Positions 17,123-28,372 of a stretch of 64,000 bases of DNA are shown here, one piece after another. Location of the stretch: assembly GCA_045597165.1 (NCBI GenBank), contig JAZODS010000020.1, positions 37,281-101,280 of the forward strand, given 5' to 3'. The stretch is from Lachnospiraceae bacterium (GTDB lineage Bacteria > Bacillota > Clostridia > Lachnospirales > Lachnospiraceae). The position numbers and the translations under genes are program-made. Position 1 is the stretch's first letter, and every line of letters starts with the position of its first letter. Below the pieces are notes generated by a model. That model had not been told where the DNA came from. It did no database searches and saw nothing but the letters and a program-made list of their open reading frames with translations.

Positions 17123-18730
17123 ATGATTAAGTTAAATCAGTTGTATATGCACATTGGACATACCGAAGAGGAATTGGTTCAGGCGATTTTGAAGACGCTT
17201 CGCATTTCACAAAAGGAACTGCTTTCGTATTCGATACATAAAAGATCCATTGATGCACGTAAGCACAAAGAATTGCGGTATTCCTATTCGATTGTGGCCG
17301 AGCTCTCCTGTGAGGAGCGTCTGCTCAAGAATAAGAAGCTTCCGATTGAGCGTTATAGTAAGAAGAACTATACCTACAAGATAACCGGCACGAAGGAGCT
17401 TTCTACGCGGCCGGTTGTTGTCGGTAGCGGACCTGCGGGACTTTTTTGCGCATTTTTGCTGGCGAAAGAGGGCTATCGACCGATCCTAATTGAACGTGGC
17501 AGACCGGTTGAAGACCGTGTGCTCGACGTCGAGCATTTTTTCGAAACGGGCGAGCTTAACCTCGAGTCAAATGTACAGTTCGGCGAAGGCGGAGCCGGTA
17601 CATTTTCCGACGGCAAGCTAAATACGCTCATCAAAGACAAGGACGGCAAGTTCGCATATATGCTGGATTGCTTTGTGCGTTTCGGAGCGCCCGAGGAGAT
17701 TCGTTATATCAACAAGCCGCACATTGGAACCGATTATCTGCGTAATGTGATCGTTGCAATGCGAGAGGAGATTCTCGGTCTCGGCGGCGAGATTCGGTAC
17801 TCTACGCGGATGGATGGCATCGTTATCGAGGATGGCAGATTGACCGGAGTTTCTCTGTCGGATGGAACCGTTCTTTCGACAGCTGTGTGTGTTCTGGCAA
17901 TCGGACACAGCGCCCGTGATACGTTTGAGATGCTTCATGCTGCGGGTGTGCCGATGGAGAACAAAGCATTTGCCATCGGAGTGCGAGTACAGCACCCGAG
18001 AACTTGGGTAAATGAGCAGCAATACGGTGAGTATGCGGACAAGCTTCCGACCGCCGATTATAAAGTGACGCACCAATGCAGCAACGGACGAGGAGTCTAT
18101 TCCTTCTGTATGTGTCCGGGCGGGTTTGTCGTAAATGCTTCCTCGGAAGAGGGACGCATCGCAATCAACGGAATGAGCAATCACGATCGTATGGCGGACA
18201 ATTCGAACAGCGCCATCGTTGTGACCATTCAACCCGAAGATTATTTGGATGCGAATGGTGCGAAAGACCCTCTTGCGGGAATGTATTATCAGAGAAGATT
18301 AGAGGAGCTTGCGTATCGTGAAGGAAACGGACGTGTCCCGACGCAGCGCTATGAGGACTTTGTAAATAACCGACCGAGCACCGCCGCTGGAGAGATTGTT
18401 CCGTGTAATAAGGGTGCAATTTCATACGGTAACGTAAGAAAATGCTTGCCAGAGGCGGTTTGCGATAGTATATTAGAGGGTATGGTGGAATTTGAACGTA
18501 GGATGCCCGGCTTCGGACATCCGGATACCTTGATGAGTGTTATCGAATCCAGAACCTCTTCGCCGATTCGAATCACGAGAACGGACGACCTGCAATCGCC
18601 CGGAATACTCGGATTGTACCCGTGTGGAGAGGGAGCCGGTTATGCAGGGGGCATCACATCGGCGGCTATGGATGGCATGCGTGTATTTGAGCAGATCATC
18701 AAGGAATATCAACCGAAGAGAGGAATGTAA
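17123..18730 (+). CDS. Uncharacterised FAD-dependent dehydrogenase (COG2509-like)
   Basis: VVVGSGPAGLFCAFLLAKEG, GEGGAGTFSDGKL, CPGGFVVNASSE, YPCGEGAGYAGGI. Confidence 0.8.
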   Translation: MIKLNQLYMHIGHTEEELVQAILKTLRISQKELLSYSIHKRSIDARKHKELRYSYSIVAELSCEERLLKNKKLPIERYSKKNYTYKITGTKELSTRPVVVGSGPAGLFCAFLLAKEGYRPILIERGRPVEDRVLDVEHFFETGELNLESNVQFGEGGAGTFSDGKLNTLIKDKDGKFAYMLDCFVRFGAPEEIRYINKPHIGTDYLRNVIVAMREEILGLGGEIRYSTRMDGIVIEDGRLTGVSLSDGTVLSTAVCVLAIGHSARDTFEMLHAAGVPMENKAFAIGVRVQHPRTWVNEQQYGEYADKLPTADYKVTHQCSNGRGVYSFCMCPGGFVVNASSEEGRIAINGMSNHDRMADNSNSAIVVTIQPEDYLDANGAKDPLAGMYYQRRLEELAYREGNGRVPTQRYEDFVNNRPSTAAGEIVPCNKGAISYGNVRKCLPEAVCDSILEGMVEFERRMPGFGHPDTLMSVIESRTSSPIRITRTDDLQSPGILGLYPCGEGAGYAGGITSAAMDGMRVFEQIIKEYQPKRGM

Positions 18731-18731
18731 C

Positions 18732-19571
18732 ATGAATCGCGAATCGATAATGAAGGATAAGAAGAGAATTGTAGTGAAGATTGGTTCTTCTTCCTTGACG
18801 CATGAAGCAACAGGAGATATGAATTTGGAGAAGCTTGAGCAGCTTGTTCGTGTGCTGACGGACCTCAGCAATCAGGGCAAGGACGTAGTGCTCGTTTCCT
18901 CCGGAGCGATTGCGGTCGGAAGAAAGACGATTAAGCTCGACGAAAGACCGAAGGAAAAGGCAGTGAAGCAGGCTTGTGCCGCAATCGGACAGACTCGTTT
19001 GATGATGGTGTACCAGCGTTTGTTTGCGGAGTACAACAAGGTGCCCGCACAGGTACTTATGACGAAGTTTACGATGCTCAACGAAGAGAGTCGTGAAAAT
19101 GCAACCGCTACATTTGCCGAACTTCTTAAGATGGGTGTCATTCCGATTGTAAATGAGAACGATACCGTTGCGACCGATGAGATTGAGTTCGGTGACAACG
19201 ATACGCTTTCCGCATTGGTTGCGGCATTGATTCAAGCAGATTTGCTGATCTTGCTTTCGGATATTGACGGCTTGTATACAGACGATCCGAGAAGCAATCC
19301 AAATGCGGAGTTCATTGAGCAGATTGATTATATTAGCGACGATTTGATTCACATGGCAAAGGGTGCAGGCTCCGATGTGGGTACCGGTGGTATGGCTACG
19401 AAGATCTCAGCCGCCAGAATTGCAAACGATGCCGGTGCGGATATGGTGATTGCAAATGGCGAGGATGTACATATCCTTCGTGACATTTTGAAGGGAAAGA
19501 CGGTCGGAACGCTGTTTTTGGCGCATAAGAACGAAGATTTTCACTTGGTTGACTATCTGAGCGGACAATAA
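18732..19571 (+). CDS. proB: Glutamate 5-kinase (short form without PUA domain)
   Basis: RIVVKIGSSSLT, VLVSSGAIAVG, NENDTVATDEIEFGDNDTLSA. Start at ATG 18732, just after the upstream stop. Confidence 0.93.
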   Translation: MNRESIMKDKKRIVVKIGSSSLTHEATGDMNLEKLEQLVRVLTDLSNQGKDVVLVSSGAIAVGRKTIKLDERPKEKAVKQACAAIGQTRLMMVYQRLFAEYNKVPAQVLMTKFTMLNEESRENATATFAELLKMGVIPIVNENDTVATDEIEFGDNDTLSALVAALIQADLLILLSDIDGLYTDDPRSNPNAEFIEQIDYISDDLIHMAKGAGSDVGTGGMATKISAARIANDAGADMVIANGEDVHILRDILKGKTVGTLFLAHKNEDFHLVDYLSGQ

Positions 19572-19590
19572 TATAGATAGGGTGGTTGAG

Positions 19591-19797
19591 ATGAACGAAA
19601 GTAGAATTGACAGAATCAATGAGTTGTATCATAAGTCGCAAAAGGAAGGCTTGACTCCGGAAGAAAAAGAGGAGCAGGCCAGACTTCGCAAGGAGTATAT
19701 CGCGGCGATTCGCGGAAATCTTCGCGGAACGCTCGAGAACATTTCCTTGGTTAACCCCGATGGTACGGTTACGGATTTGAAGAAAAAGAGTGAGTGA
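19591..19797 (+). CDS. DUF896 (UPF0291, YnzC-like) small protein
   Basis: RIDRINELYHKSQKEGLTPEEKEEQARLRKEYIAAIRGNLRGTLE matches the DUF896 pattern. Confidence 0.85.
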   Translation: MNESRIDRINELYHKSQKEGLTPEEKEEQARLRKEYIAAIRGNLRGTLENISLVNPDGTVTDLKKKSE

Positions 19798-19805
19798 GGT
19801 GCACC

Positions 19806-20381
19806 TTGAACAAAGCGGACATCAGAAAACAGATGAAAAAGGAGCGAGGACAGCTCACCTTTACGCGTATTCTTATGTATAGCGGATGCATTACGGATCG
19901 ATTGTTAAAGGAGCCGGAGTATCGTGAGGCTTCGGTCATTCTTTCGTATATGTCGGTCAGCTCCGAGGTGAATACGCATTTTCTGATGGAACAGGCTTGG
20001 AAGGACGGCAAGTCCGTAGCGGTTCCGAAGTGCTATCCGGACGGAATTATGGAGTTTTACAAGATTGCTTCGTTTGAGGATGTGAAGCCCGGAAAGTTCG
20101 GAATTCCCGAGCCGGACCCCGTAAATCCGGTGGACTATGACAAGGAGACGTGTTTGCTCCTGTTGCCGTGCGTGGCATTTGACGAATGTGGTAATCGCGT
20201 TGGTTATGGTGGAGGTTATTACGATCGCTTTGCAGAGAAGCACGACGAGATGTATCGCATTATGTTGGCGTACGATTTTCAAAGAGTGGAGCGGGTTGAA
20301 ACAGGTGAGTACGATATTCCCGCAGATGTGGTTTTAACGGAGTTGGCTCGCTATGAAGCGAAGACAGACAAGGAGGAGTAG
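19806..20381 (+). CDS. 5-formyltetrahydrofolate cyclo-ligase
   Basis: GIPEP, LLLPCVAFDECGNRVGYGGGYYDRF. TTG 19806 follows gaggtg; the ORF track starts at GTG 19794. Confidence 0.88.
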   Translation: MNKADIRKQMKKERGQLTFTRILMYSGCITDRLLKEPEYREASVILSYMSVSSEVNTHFLMEQAWKDGKSVAVPKCYPDGIMEFYKIASFEDVKPGKFGIPEPDPVNPVDYDKETCLLLLPCVAFDECGNRVGYGGGYYDRFAEKHDEMYRIMLAYDFQRVERVETGEYDIPADVVLTELARYEAKTDKEE

Positions 20382-20384
20382 AGG

Positions 20385-21629
20385 ATGAATTTGATTCAGA
20401 TGGGCAAAGAGGCAAAATCGGCTGCAGCACAGCTGCTTTTGGCTACAACAGAAGAGAAAAACAGAGCGCTGATTCGCCTTGCAGAAGCGCTTGTGAACAA
20501 TACAGAGCGCATTCTTGCGGAAAATGCTAAGGATGTCGACGCAGCAATCGAAAGAGGTGTGAAGGAGTCTCTCATAGATCGACTTCGCCTTACGAACGAC
20601 CGCATTGCCGCTATGGCAGAGGGCTTGGAGCAGATTGCGGAACTGGATGACCCAATCGGTGAAGTGCTTGACGTATGGGAACGCCCGAACGGACTGTCTG
20701 TTTCCCAGGTGCGTGTACCGTTTGGCGTTATCGGTATTATATACGAATCTCGTCCCAATGTAACTGCGGATGCCTTCGGACTTTGCTTTAAGACCGGAAA
20801 TGCCGTAATCCTTCGTGGCGGAAGCGATGCTTTGAATTCCAATGTATGCATTACTGAGGTGCTTCAGGAGACACTGGTAAGTCTCGGTATGCCGAAGTAT
20901 TGCATTCAGATGATCACGGATACGAGCAGAGAGGTTGCCAAAGAGTTTATGCGTCTCGATTCCTATGTGGATGTGTTGATTCCTCGTGGTGGCGCCGGAT
21001 TGATTCGTACCGTGCTTGAGAACAGCACGATTCCGGTAATCGAGACCGGTACCGGCAACTGTCATATCTACGTAGATGAATTTGCCAACATCGATATGGC
21101 ACTTGACATTATCGACAATGCGAAGACGCAGCGTCTCGGTGTATGCAATGCCTGTGAATCGCTTGTCGTACATAGTAAGATTGCCGAGCATTTTCTTCCG
21201 CTCGTTACGGACCGTTTGATGAGCAAGGGAGTTGTGCTTCGCGGCGATAAGATTGCCGTGGCAATTGAACCGAGAATGGAATGCGCTACCGAAGAGGATT
21301 TTGCGACGGAATATTTGGATAAGCTGATTTCCGTAAAGGTTGTAGATGAGCTTTCTCAGGCGATTTCCCATATTAATTTGTATCATACGAAGCATTCCGA
21401 CGCGATCATCACTGACGATGCTTCGGCTGCAGAGCAGTTTCTGAAGCAGGTGGATAGTGCATGTGTTTATGTCAATGCATCCACTCGCTTTACGGATGGC
21501 TTTGAGTTCGGTTTCGGCGCTGAGATCGGTATCAGTACGCAGAAGCTCCATGCGAGAGGTCCGATGGGCCTTAAGGCATTGACGTCCTATAAGTATATGA
21601 TAAAGGGCGACGGACAGATTCGTGGATAG
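20385..21629 (+). CDS. proA: Glutamate-5-semialdehyde dehydrogenase (gamma-glutamyl phosphate reductase)
   Basis: 414 aa. IYESRPNVT, catalytic region [18 protein letters not shown]. Confidence 0.95.
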   Translation: MNLIQMGKEAKSAAAQLLLATTEEKNRALIRLAEALVNNTERILAENAKDVDAAIERGVKESLIDRLRLTNDRIAAMAEGLEQIAELDDPIGEVLDVWERPNGLSVSQVRVPFGVIGIIYESRPNVTADAFGLCFKTGNAVILRGGSDALNSNVCITEVLQETLVSLGMPKYCIQMITDTSREVAKEFMRLDSYVDVLIPRGGAGLIRTVLENSTIPVIETGTGNCHIYVDEFANIDMALDIIDNAKTQRLGVCNACESLVVHSKIAEHFLPLVTDRLMSKGVVLRGDKIAVAIEPRMECATEEDFATEYLDKLISVKVVDELSQAISHINLYHTKHSDAIITDDASAAEQFLKQVDSACVYVNASTRFTDGFEFGFGAEIGISTQKLHARGPMGLKALTSYKYMIKGDGQIRG

Positions 21630-21646
21630 TTGGCCGGAGGTTACGA

Positions 21647-23083
21647 GTGAATAACGACATTTTTACAACTGATGCGACTTTGCAGCCGCCGACAGCGGAG
21701 CCTGCGCGACAGTTTTATTTTATGAATCTGCTTCGTGAGCAGCTGCTTGAGCGTGAGCAAATGCTCGGTCGCAAGCTCACAATGCACATCGAGACGTTCG
21801 GGTGCCAGATGAATGCGAAGGATTCGGAGAAGCTGGCGGGCATTCTCGAAACAATCGGCTATGAGGCTGTTGATACCGAGGACGCAGATTTTGTTTTGTA
21901 TAATACGTGTACCGTTCGTGAAAATGCGAACACTCGTGTTTACGGACGCATCGGTTATCTTGGAAACTTGAAAAAGAAGCATCCCGATATGCGAATTGCT
22001 CTTTGCGGTTGTATGATGCAGGAGTCACATGTAATCGATAAGCTGAAAAAGAGCTATCGTTTTGTCGATGTGATTTTCGGTACGCACAACATTTATATGC
22101 TCGCAGAGCTTTTGTATCGCAGAGAGACAGAGGGCAAGATGGTCGTATCTATTCTTCCCGAAGCCGATAAGATTGTAGAGGATTTGCCTACCATGCAGAA
22201 ATACGGCTTCAAGGCCGGAATTAACATTATGTATGGCTGTAATAATTTCTGTAGCTACTGTATCGTTCCGTATGTACGTGGCAGAGAACGCTCCAGAGAC
22301 CCGCAGGACATCGTTCATGAAGCGGAGTTGCTCGCTTCTAAGGGTGTTAAGGAAGTGATGCTCCTTGGGCAAAATGTTAACTCCTATGGCAAGACTTTGG
22401 AGCCGGCGGTTTCCTTTGCCGAGTTGATTGAGATGGTAAGCAAGGTGGAGGGCATCGAGCGTATTCGATTTATGACACCGCATCCGAAGGATCTTTCCGA
22501 TGAATTGATTTCCGTGATAGCGTCGAACGACAAGGTGTGCAAGCACGTACATCTTCCGGTTCAGTCGGGTAGCAGTAGAATATTGAAGCTCATGAACAGA
22601 CGTTATACGAAGGAAGCGTATCTTGCTTTGGTTGAGAAGATTCGTAGAGCCGTGCCGGATGTTGCGATTACTACGGACATCATAGTCGGTTTCCCGGGCG
22701 AGACGGAAGAGGATTTCCTAGATACGATGGACGTGGTTCGCAAGGCGGAGTATATGAGTGCATATACCTTTTTGTACTCGAAAAGAACGGGTACACCGGC
22801 TGCGGAGATGGACAATCAGGTTCCGGATGATGTGGCAAATGAGCGTTTTCAGCGCTTGCTCGGTGTAGTTTCCGAGGTGTCCGCAAATCAGGCGGCCGCA
22901 TGGACCGGAAGAGAGGTTACCGTGCTCTGTGAAGAGCATCGAGAGGGTGAAAAGATGGTCACCGGCCGTATGGACAACAATCTTTTAGTGCATTTTTCCG
23001 CTGACGAGCCGATGCTCGGTAAGCTGGTTCGTGTTGAGCTGAAAGAATGCAAAGGGTTTTATTTTTTTGGTGAACTTCTTTAA
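21647..23083 (+). CDS. miaB: tRNA-i6A37 methylthiotransferase MiaB
   Basis: UPF0004 N-terminal domain ETFGCQMN, radical SAM CNNFCSYCIVPYVRG, C-terminal TRAM domain. Confidence 0.95.
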   Translation: MNNDIFTTDATLQPPTAEPARQFYFMNLLREQLLEREQMLGRKLTMHIETFGCQMNAKDSEKLAGILETIGYEAVDTEDADFVLYNTCTVRENANTRVYGRIGYLGNLKKKHPDMRIALCGCMMQESHVIDKLKKSYRFVDVIFGTHNIYMLAELLYRRETEGKMVVSILPEADKIVEDLPTMQKYGFKAGINIMYGCNNFCSYCIVPYVRGRERSRDPQDIVHEAELLASKGVKEVMLLGQNVNSYGKTLEPAVSFAELIEMVSKVEGIERIRFMTPHPKDLSDELISVIASNDKVCKHVHLPVQSGSSRILKLMNRRYTKEAYLALVEKIRRAVPDVAITTDIIVGFPGETEEDFLDTMDVVRKAEYMSAYTFLYSKRTGTPAAEMDNQVPDDVANERFQRLLGVVSEVSANQAAAWTGREVTVLCEEHREGEKMVTGRMDNNLLVHFSADEPMLGKLVRVELKECKGFYFFGELL

Positions 23084-23089
23084 ACTCTA

Positions 23090-23118
23090 TTGACAATTTT
23101 GAATAATTCATATATCAT
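23090..23118 (+). promoter_or_regulatory. Sigma-A promoter for rny
   Basis: TTGACA-17 nt-TATCAT. Confidence 0.5.
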
Positions 23119-23174
23119 AGATATGTTGAATTTTTGTATCATGAAAATTGAATAACTATTTGGAGGTGTTCTTT

Positions 23175-24743
23175 ATGACCGATTGGGTTATCCCCGTAAT
23201 CACTGCCATAGTCACCGCCGTTATCGTTGGAATTATTGTTTGGAAGCTTGCGATTGCTCACCGAGTTAAGACATATGAAGCTAAGGTGGGTTCTGCTGAG
23301 CAAAGAGCTGCGAGCATCATTGCCGATGCTGAGAAGCAGGCTGTTAAGACTGCCGAAACAACGAAGAAGGAAGCTCTTCTGGAAGCAAAGGAAGAGGCCC
23401 TTAAGGCGAAGAATGAGTTTGACAGAGAGATGAAGGAACGCAGAGCAGAAGTGCAGCGTTACGAAAAGCGTGTAACCACAAAGGAAGAGAACCTGGACAG
23501 AAAGATTGAATCCCTGGAACGTAAAGAATCTCGCATGAACCAGAAAGAACAAGAGCTGGACAAGAAGCTTGAAGAAGCGAGCGAGTATCATAACAAGCAG
23601 ATTCAAGAGCTTGAGAGAATTTCGGGATTGACCTCCGATAAAGCAAAGGAATATCTGTTAGAAACTGTTAAAGAAGATGTAAAGCATGAGACAGCCGTTA
23701 TGATTAAGGAGATGGAGGCTGACGCTAAGGCCGTTGCCGATAAGAAGGCAAAGGAACTGATTGTCGGTGCCATTCAGAAGTGCGCAGCAGACCATGTCGC
23801 TGAGGCTACCATTTCGGTTGTTCAATTACCGAATGATGAGATGAAGGGTCGTATCATTGGTCGCGAAGGTCGTAACATTCGTACCATTGAGACACTTACC
23901 GGAATTGACTTGATTATTGATGATACTCCGGAAGCCGTAATCCTTTCGGGCTTCGATCCGATTCGTCGCGAGATTGCACGAATCGCGCTTGAGAGATTGG
24001 TTGTTGACGGTCGTATTCACCCGGCTCGTATTGAGGAGATGGTGGAGAAGGCACAGAAGGAAGTCGACAACATTATCCGTGAGGAAGGTGAGGGTGCTGT
24101 ACTTAAGACCGGCGTACACGGTTTGCATCCCGAGATTGTACGACTTCTCGGAAAGATGAAGTATCGTTCGAGCTATGGTCAGAATGCATTGAAACATTCC
24201 ATCGAGGTTTCCCTCTTGTCAGGCTTGCTTGCCGGTGAGATGGGTGCCGATGTTCGAATCGCTAAGCGTGCAGGCTTGCTTCATGATATCGGAAAGTCCG
24301 TAGATCATGAGATTGAAGGAACGCACGTACAGATCGGTGTTGACATCTGTAAGAAATACAAAGAGTCGCCGGTTGTTATCAATGCGGTTGCGTCCCACCA
24401 TGGCGATACCGAAGCTACTTCCTTGATCGCACACATTGTACAGGCTGCAGACACGATTTCTGCCGCTAGACCGGGTGCGAGAAGAGAAACCCTTGACACA
24501 TACACAAACAGATTAAAACAGTTAGAAGATATTGCTAATAGCTTTAAAGGAGTTGAAAAGTCTTTCGCAATTCAGGCAGGTCGCGAGGTACGTGTTATGG
24601 TTGTACCGGAACAGGTATCTGATGATGACATGATTTTGATGGCTAGAGAATTGTCTAAGAAGATTGAATCTGACCTCGAGTATCCGGGACAGATTAAGGT
24701 TAGTATGATTCGCGAGTCCAGAGTCACTGATTTTGCTAAGTGA
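23175..24743 (+). CDS. rny: Ribonuclease Y
   Basis: N-terminal TM, coiled coil, KH domain ([12 protein letters not shown]), HD domain (LLHDIGK). ATG after ggaggtg. Confidence 0.95.
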   Translation: MTDWVIPVITAIVTAVIVGIIVWKLAIAHRVKTYEAKVGSAEQRAASIIADAEKQAVKTAETTKKEALLEAKEEALKAKNEFDREMKERRAEVQRYEKRVTTKEENLDRKIESLERKESRMNQKEQELDKKLEEASEYHNKQIQELERISGLTSDKAKEYLLETVKEDVKHETAVMIKEMEADAKAVADKKAKELIVGAIQKCAADHVAEATISVVQLPNDEMKGRIIGREGRNIRTIETLTGIDLIIDDTPEAVILSGFDPIRREIARIALERLVVDGRIHPARIEEMVEKAQKEVDNIIREEGEGAVLKTGVHGLHPEIVRLLGKMKYRSSYGQNALKHSIEVSLLSGLLAGEMGADVRIAKRAGLLHDIGKSVDHEIEGTHVQIGVDICKKYKESPVVINAVASHHGDTEATSLIAHIVQAADTISAARPGARRETLDTYTNRLKQLEDIANSFKGVEKSFAIQAGREVRVMVVPEQVSDDDMILMARELSKKIESDLEYPGQIKVSMIRESRVTDFAK

Positions 24744-24770
24744 TCCGAATTTGGAGTTAACGAGTATTTG

Positions 24771-24805
24771 GGAGTTGTTTCGAATGAAGCAACTCCTTTT
24801 CGTTT
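24771..24805 (+). terminator. Intrinsic terminator after rny
   Basis: ggagttg...caactcc followed by ttttcgttt. Confidence 0.65.
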
Positions 24806-24844
24806 GCTCATTTTGTGCAAAATGCGAAAAACGAAAAAAAGGGG

Positions 24845-24873
24845 TTGCATTTTTCAATGGTACATATTAGAAT
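24845..24873 (+). promoter_or_regulatory. Sigma-A promoter for the aminotransferase-proC unit
   Basis: TTGCAT-17 nt-TAGAAT. Confidence 0.45.
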
Positions 24874-24932
24874 ACAACATGGATTGTATACACGTCTACA
24901 ATAATTATGAAATATAGATTTCGGAGGAAACT

Positions 24933-26138
24933 ATGGCATTGACATTATCTAAAAAAGCACAGGCGGTAAAGCCTTCTTCTACATTGGCGATTACGGCTAA
25001 GGCAAAGGCTCTGAAGGCAGAGGGAAAGGACGTTGTCGGATTCGGTGCCGGCGAACCGGACTTTGCGACTCCCGCTAACATTTCGGAGGCTGCTATTAAG
25101 GCAATCAATGAAGGTTATACGAAATATACGCCCGCTGCGGGAACACCTTTGCTTCGTGAGGCAATCAGTGCAAAGTTTCTTCGTAGAAATAACATCGTAT
25201 ATACCCCCGAGCAGATCGTTGTCAGCAACGGTGGTAAGCATGCATTGACCAACATCTTTGAAGCAATCTTGAATCCGGGTGATGAAGTAATCATTCCGGT
25301 TCCGTATTGGCTCAGCTATCCGGAGATTGTTAAGCTTTCCGATGGTGTACCCGTATTTGTAGAGTGCGGTGCGGAGAATGATTACAAGATTACACCGGAG
25401 CAGCTTGCAGCAGCATGCAACGACAAGACGAAGGCATTTGTATTGAATTCCCCCAGCAATCCGACCGGTATGATTTATTCGAAGGCGGAGCTTGAGGCAC
25501 TTGCTAAAGTGATTGTTGAGAAGGACATCTTCGTAATTTCCGATGAGATCTACGAAGAGCTCGCATACGATGATGCCGAGGTAATCAGCATTGCTTCTTT
25601 GAATCAGGACATTTACGAGCATACGATTACGTGTAACGGTCTTGCGAAGGCTTATGCGATGACCGGTTGGAGAATCGGTTATGCAGCTGCACCGCTTGAG
25701 ATTGCTAAGGTTATGGCAAACCTTCAGAGCCATCAGACGAGCAATCCGAACTCGATTGCACAGAAGGCATCGATTGAAGCGTTGAATGGTCCGCAGGATA
25801 GCGTTTGGCTTATGCGTGACGAGTTTAACCGTCGTCGTGAATATATGTACGAGCGTGTATCGAAGCTTCCGTATGTTAAGACGATTAAGCCCCAGGGTGC
25901 ATTTTATATGTTCATCGATGTGAGCGAGGTGCTTTCTCTTTGCTATCAGGGAGAGAAGGTCGGAAGCGTAGAAAAGCTTGCGGCTCATTTGATTAACGAT
26001 TATATGACTGCTGTCATTCCTTGTGCGGATTTCGGTTGTCCGAATCACATTCGACTTTCCTATGCAATCAGCTTGAAGCAGATTGAGAAGGGCTTGGATC
26101 GAATCGAGCAGTATTTGAATAGTTTGACGAACGCATAA
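24933..26138 (+). CDS. PLP-dependent aspartate aminotransferase (class I)
   Basis: 401 aa. GAGEPDF, LNSPSNPTG, and a CNGLAKAYAMTGWRIGY region around the PLP lysine. Confidence 0.9.
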   Translation: MALTLSKKAQAVKPSSTLAITAKAKALKAEGKDVVGFGAGEPDFATPANISEAAIKAINEGYTKYTPAAGTPLLREAISAKFLRRNNIVYTPEQIVVSNGGKHALTNIFEAILNPGDEVIIPVPYWLSYPEIVKLSDGVPVFVECGAENDYKITPEQLAAACNDKTKAFVLNSPSNPTGMIYSKAELEALAKVIVEKDIFVISDEIYEELAYDDAEVISIASLNQDIYEHTITCNGLAKAYAMTGWRIGYAAAPLEIAKVMANLQSHQTSNPNSIAQKASIEALNGPQDSVWLMRDEFNRRREYMYERVSKLPYVKTIKPQGAFYMFIDVSEVLSLCYQGEKVGSVEKLAAHLINDYMTAVIPCADFGCPNHIRLSYAISLKQIEKGLDRIEQYLNSLTNA

Positions 26139-26166
26139 TTCCTACTATAGAAAGGATGGGGAGACG

Positions 26167-26973
26167 ATGAAGAAGCTTGGTTTTATCGGTGCCGGTAATA
26201 TGGGATATCCGATTTTGAAGACTGCTGTTGAGCTGTATGGCGCAGAAAATGTTATGGTTAGCGAACGTGCGGATGCGGCCAGAGAACGTGCTTGTGCACT
26301 CGGTGTAGTTGCCGCTAAGGACAATTCCGAGCTTGTTTCGGCATGTGAGTATGTCCTTTTGGCTATGAAGCCACAGGTGGCAAATGCTGTGCTGAAGGAG
26401 ATTGCGCCTGCACTCCATGACTCTTCTAAGATGATTTCGATTATGGCCGGTGTGTCGACCGATGCGATTCGCGAGGCACTTGGCTGTGAGCTTCCCGTTG
26501 TTCGCCTTATGCCGAATACTCCCGCAATGGTTGGAGAGGGAATGACCGCATTGTGTCATACGCTTAGCTCCGACGATGCTGAGGAGGTAACCTTTGTGAA
26601 GAGCCTTTGCGAAAGCTACGGCCGTTGCATCGTGTTGCCTGAGAAGCTTATGAATGCGGCTATTTGCGCAAACGGCAGCTCGCCTGCATATGTTTATCTG
26701 TTTATCGAAGCACTGGCTGACAGCGTTGTTCGATACGGAATTACCAGAGACGATGCCTATACGCTTGCGGCACAGACGGTGCTTGGCGCAGCAAAGATGG
26801 TGATCGAGACCGGTAAGCATCCCGGTGAATTGAAGGATGCGGTATGCAGCCCGGGCGGTACGACCATTGCAGCGGTAGCGGCGCTTGAGGAGAATGGCTT
26901 CCGTAATGCCATTATGAAGGCAACGGATGCGTGCTATGAAAGAGGCGCTCAGCTGGCAAAGGAATCGAAATAG
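26167..26973 (+). CDS. proC: Pyrroline-5-carboxylate reductase
   Basis: LGFIGAGNMG, VRLMPNTPA, SPGGTTIAA. Confidence 0.93.
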   Translation: MKKLGFIGAGNMGYPILKTAVELYGAENVMVSERADAARERACALGVVAAKDNSELVSACEYVLLAMKPQVANAVLKEIAPALHDSSKMISIMAGVSTDAIREALGCELPVVRLMPNTPAMVGEGMTALCHTLSSDDAEEVTFVKSLCESYGRCIVLPEKLMNAAICANGSSPAYVYLFIEALADSVVRYGITRDDAYTLAAQTVLGAAKMVIETGKHPGELKDAVCSPGGTTIAAVAALEENGFRNAIMKATDACYERGAQLAKESK

Positions 26974-26983
26974 GAGGCGAATT

Positions 26984-27517
26984 ATGAGCGATTATAAGCG
27001 TCTGAATCGTGAAAAGGTATATCAGGGTGCCATTGTAGGCATTTACAAGGATACGATGCAGCTGAAGGACGGTTCGATTCGTCATTGGGACTTTATCGAG
27101 CATCCCGGAGCTGCGGCTGTTGTTGCGGTTGATGACGACGGACGCATTTTGATGGTTCGTCAGTATAGAAATGCTTTGGAGCGCGATACCATTGAGCTTC
27201 CTGCCGGCGGAAAGAATCCGGATGAGGATATGCTGACATGCGCACTTCGCGAGCTGGAAGAAGAGACCGGCTATCGTGCCGGACACTGCGAACCGCTCTG
27301 CGAGATCTACACAACGGTAGCGCTGATGAACGAACGCATCGGAATCTTCCTTTGTACAGAGCTTGTGCCTACGCAGCAGCATTTGGACGAGGGAGAGTTT
27401 CTCGGCGTAGAGCGCTATACGTTAGAGGAACTTACGGAATGGATCTTAGAATCGAAAATACAGGATTCCAAGACCGTTGCCGGATTGCTTGCATACAAGA
27501 CAAAGCTTGGCCTATAA
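26984..27517 (+). CDS. NUDIX hydrolase (ADP-ribose pyrophosphatase-like)
   Basis: Nudix box GGKNPDEDMLTCALRELEEETGY. Start at ATG 26984 after gaggcg. Confidence 0.88.
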   Translation: MSDYKRLNREKVYQGAIVGIYKDTMQLKDGSIRHWDFIEHPGAAAVVAVDDDGRILMVRQYRNALERDTIELPAGGKNPDEDMLTCALRELEEETGYRAGHCEPLCEIYTTVALMNERIGIFLCTELVPTQQHLDEGEFLGVERYTLEELTEWILESKIQDSKTVAGLLAYKTKLGL

Positions 27518-27579
27518 AGGTTCTAGTTTTACTCTGCTTCGAATAGGATGTAGTATCAATGACAAGTGGAGATCGATGT

Positions 27580-28191
27580 ATGCATTTGATACGAAGACAG
27601 AAAGAACCATTGCTCATTGCCGTGGTTCTTTTTTTATGCTCATTGTTAATCGGCACCTTGTGCGGTCGTCTGTTCGTGCTCACAATGAGAGATAAGGTGT
27701 TGGCGCAGTTTGCGGAAGAGTTGAACATGCTGGCACATGGCGAGATCAATTATGTTGAGATGTTTCGGTATACGCTTTTCAAAAATGCTGTGATATTTCT
27801 AAGCATTTTGCTGGCTACGCTTTGTATCATCGGACCATGGTACTATCTGTTCCGCATCGGCAAGCTCGGGCTTTCCTGTGGTATGCTGGCCGGACAGGTT
27901 GGCGGAATCTTTCATGCAAAGGGCATTTTGCTGATGATGGCATACTATCTGCCCGCATGGATCGTGTACGCGCCGGCTTACATAGCGCTATATAAAAATG
28001 CATATGAGCTTTGGCAGGTTGTATTTCATAAGCACGATGAGCGAAATGTTACGCTGTCGCGGAGTGACTTCGTAAGACGAACGCTCATATTGTTGTTGCT
28101 CCTTGAGTTCGGAGCGGTATTGGAGGTGTGGCTCGGCAGTCTTTTGCTTCGATTCGCGGCCGGACATTTTCTGAATTTGTTGCTTGGATAG
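27580..28191 (+). CDS. spoIIM: Stage II sporulation protein M (SpoIIM family membrane protein)
   Basis: About 200 aa with about 5 TM segments. MFRYTLFKNAVIFLSILL and LPAWIVYAPAYIALY resemble B. subtilis SpoIIM as I recall it. Confidence 0.6.
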   Translation: MHLIRRQKEPLLIAVVLFLCSLLIGTLCGRLFVLTMRDKVLAQFAEELNMLAHGEINYVEMFRYTLFKNAVIFLSILLATLCIIGPWYYLFRIGKLGLSCGMLAGQVGGIFHAKGILLMMAYYLPAWIVYAPAYIALYKNAYELWQVVFHKHDERNVTLSRSDFVRRTLILLLLLEFGAVLEVWLGSLLLRFAAGHFLNLLLG

Positions 28192-28237
28192 AGGTTGTGT
28201 GGGTTGTGAAAGGGTTGGTGGAATGCCGGGCTGCAGG

Positions 28238-28266
28238 TTGACTTTTTACCTGTGGATTTGTATACT
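28238..28266 (+). promoter_or_regulatory. Sigma-A promoter for pdp
   Basis: TTGACT-17 nt-TATACT, leaving a leader of about 100 nt. Confidence 0.45.
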
Positions 28267-28372
28267 TAGCGTAACGGCACAAGCCTATGTGTGTGATTGA
28301 TAATGAATGACAAGGGGGAGCCGGAGAGCATTGTTTTTTGCTTTTTGAATGAGCGAATCGGAGGGGTTATCG

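Noticed and set aside
18732-21629. Split proline operon (proB, DUF896, MTHFS, proA, with proC 4.5 kb further on) and a short, PUA-less ProB as something unusual.
   Set aside because: PUA-less glutamate kinases and interrupted pro gene clusters are common natural variation. All the genes look intact and closely spaced.
28267-28372. The ~100-nt leader of pdp as a possible pyrimidine-responsive attenuator or riboswitch.
   Set aside because: I found no convincing terminator/antiterminator pair and no PyrR-like binding loop, only 4-bp stems. The evidence is insufficient.
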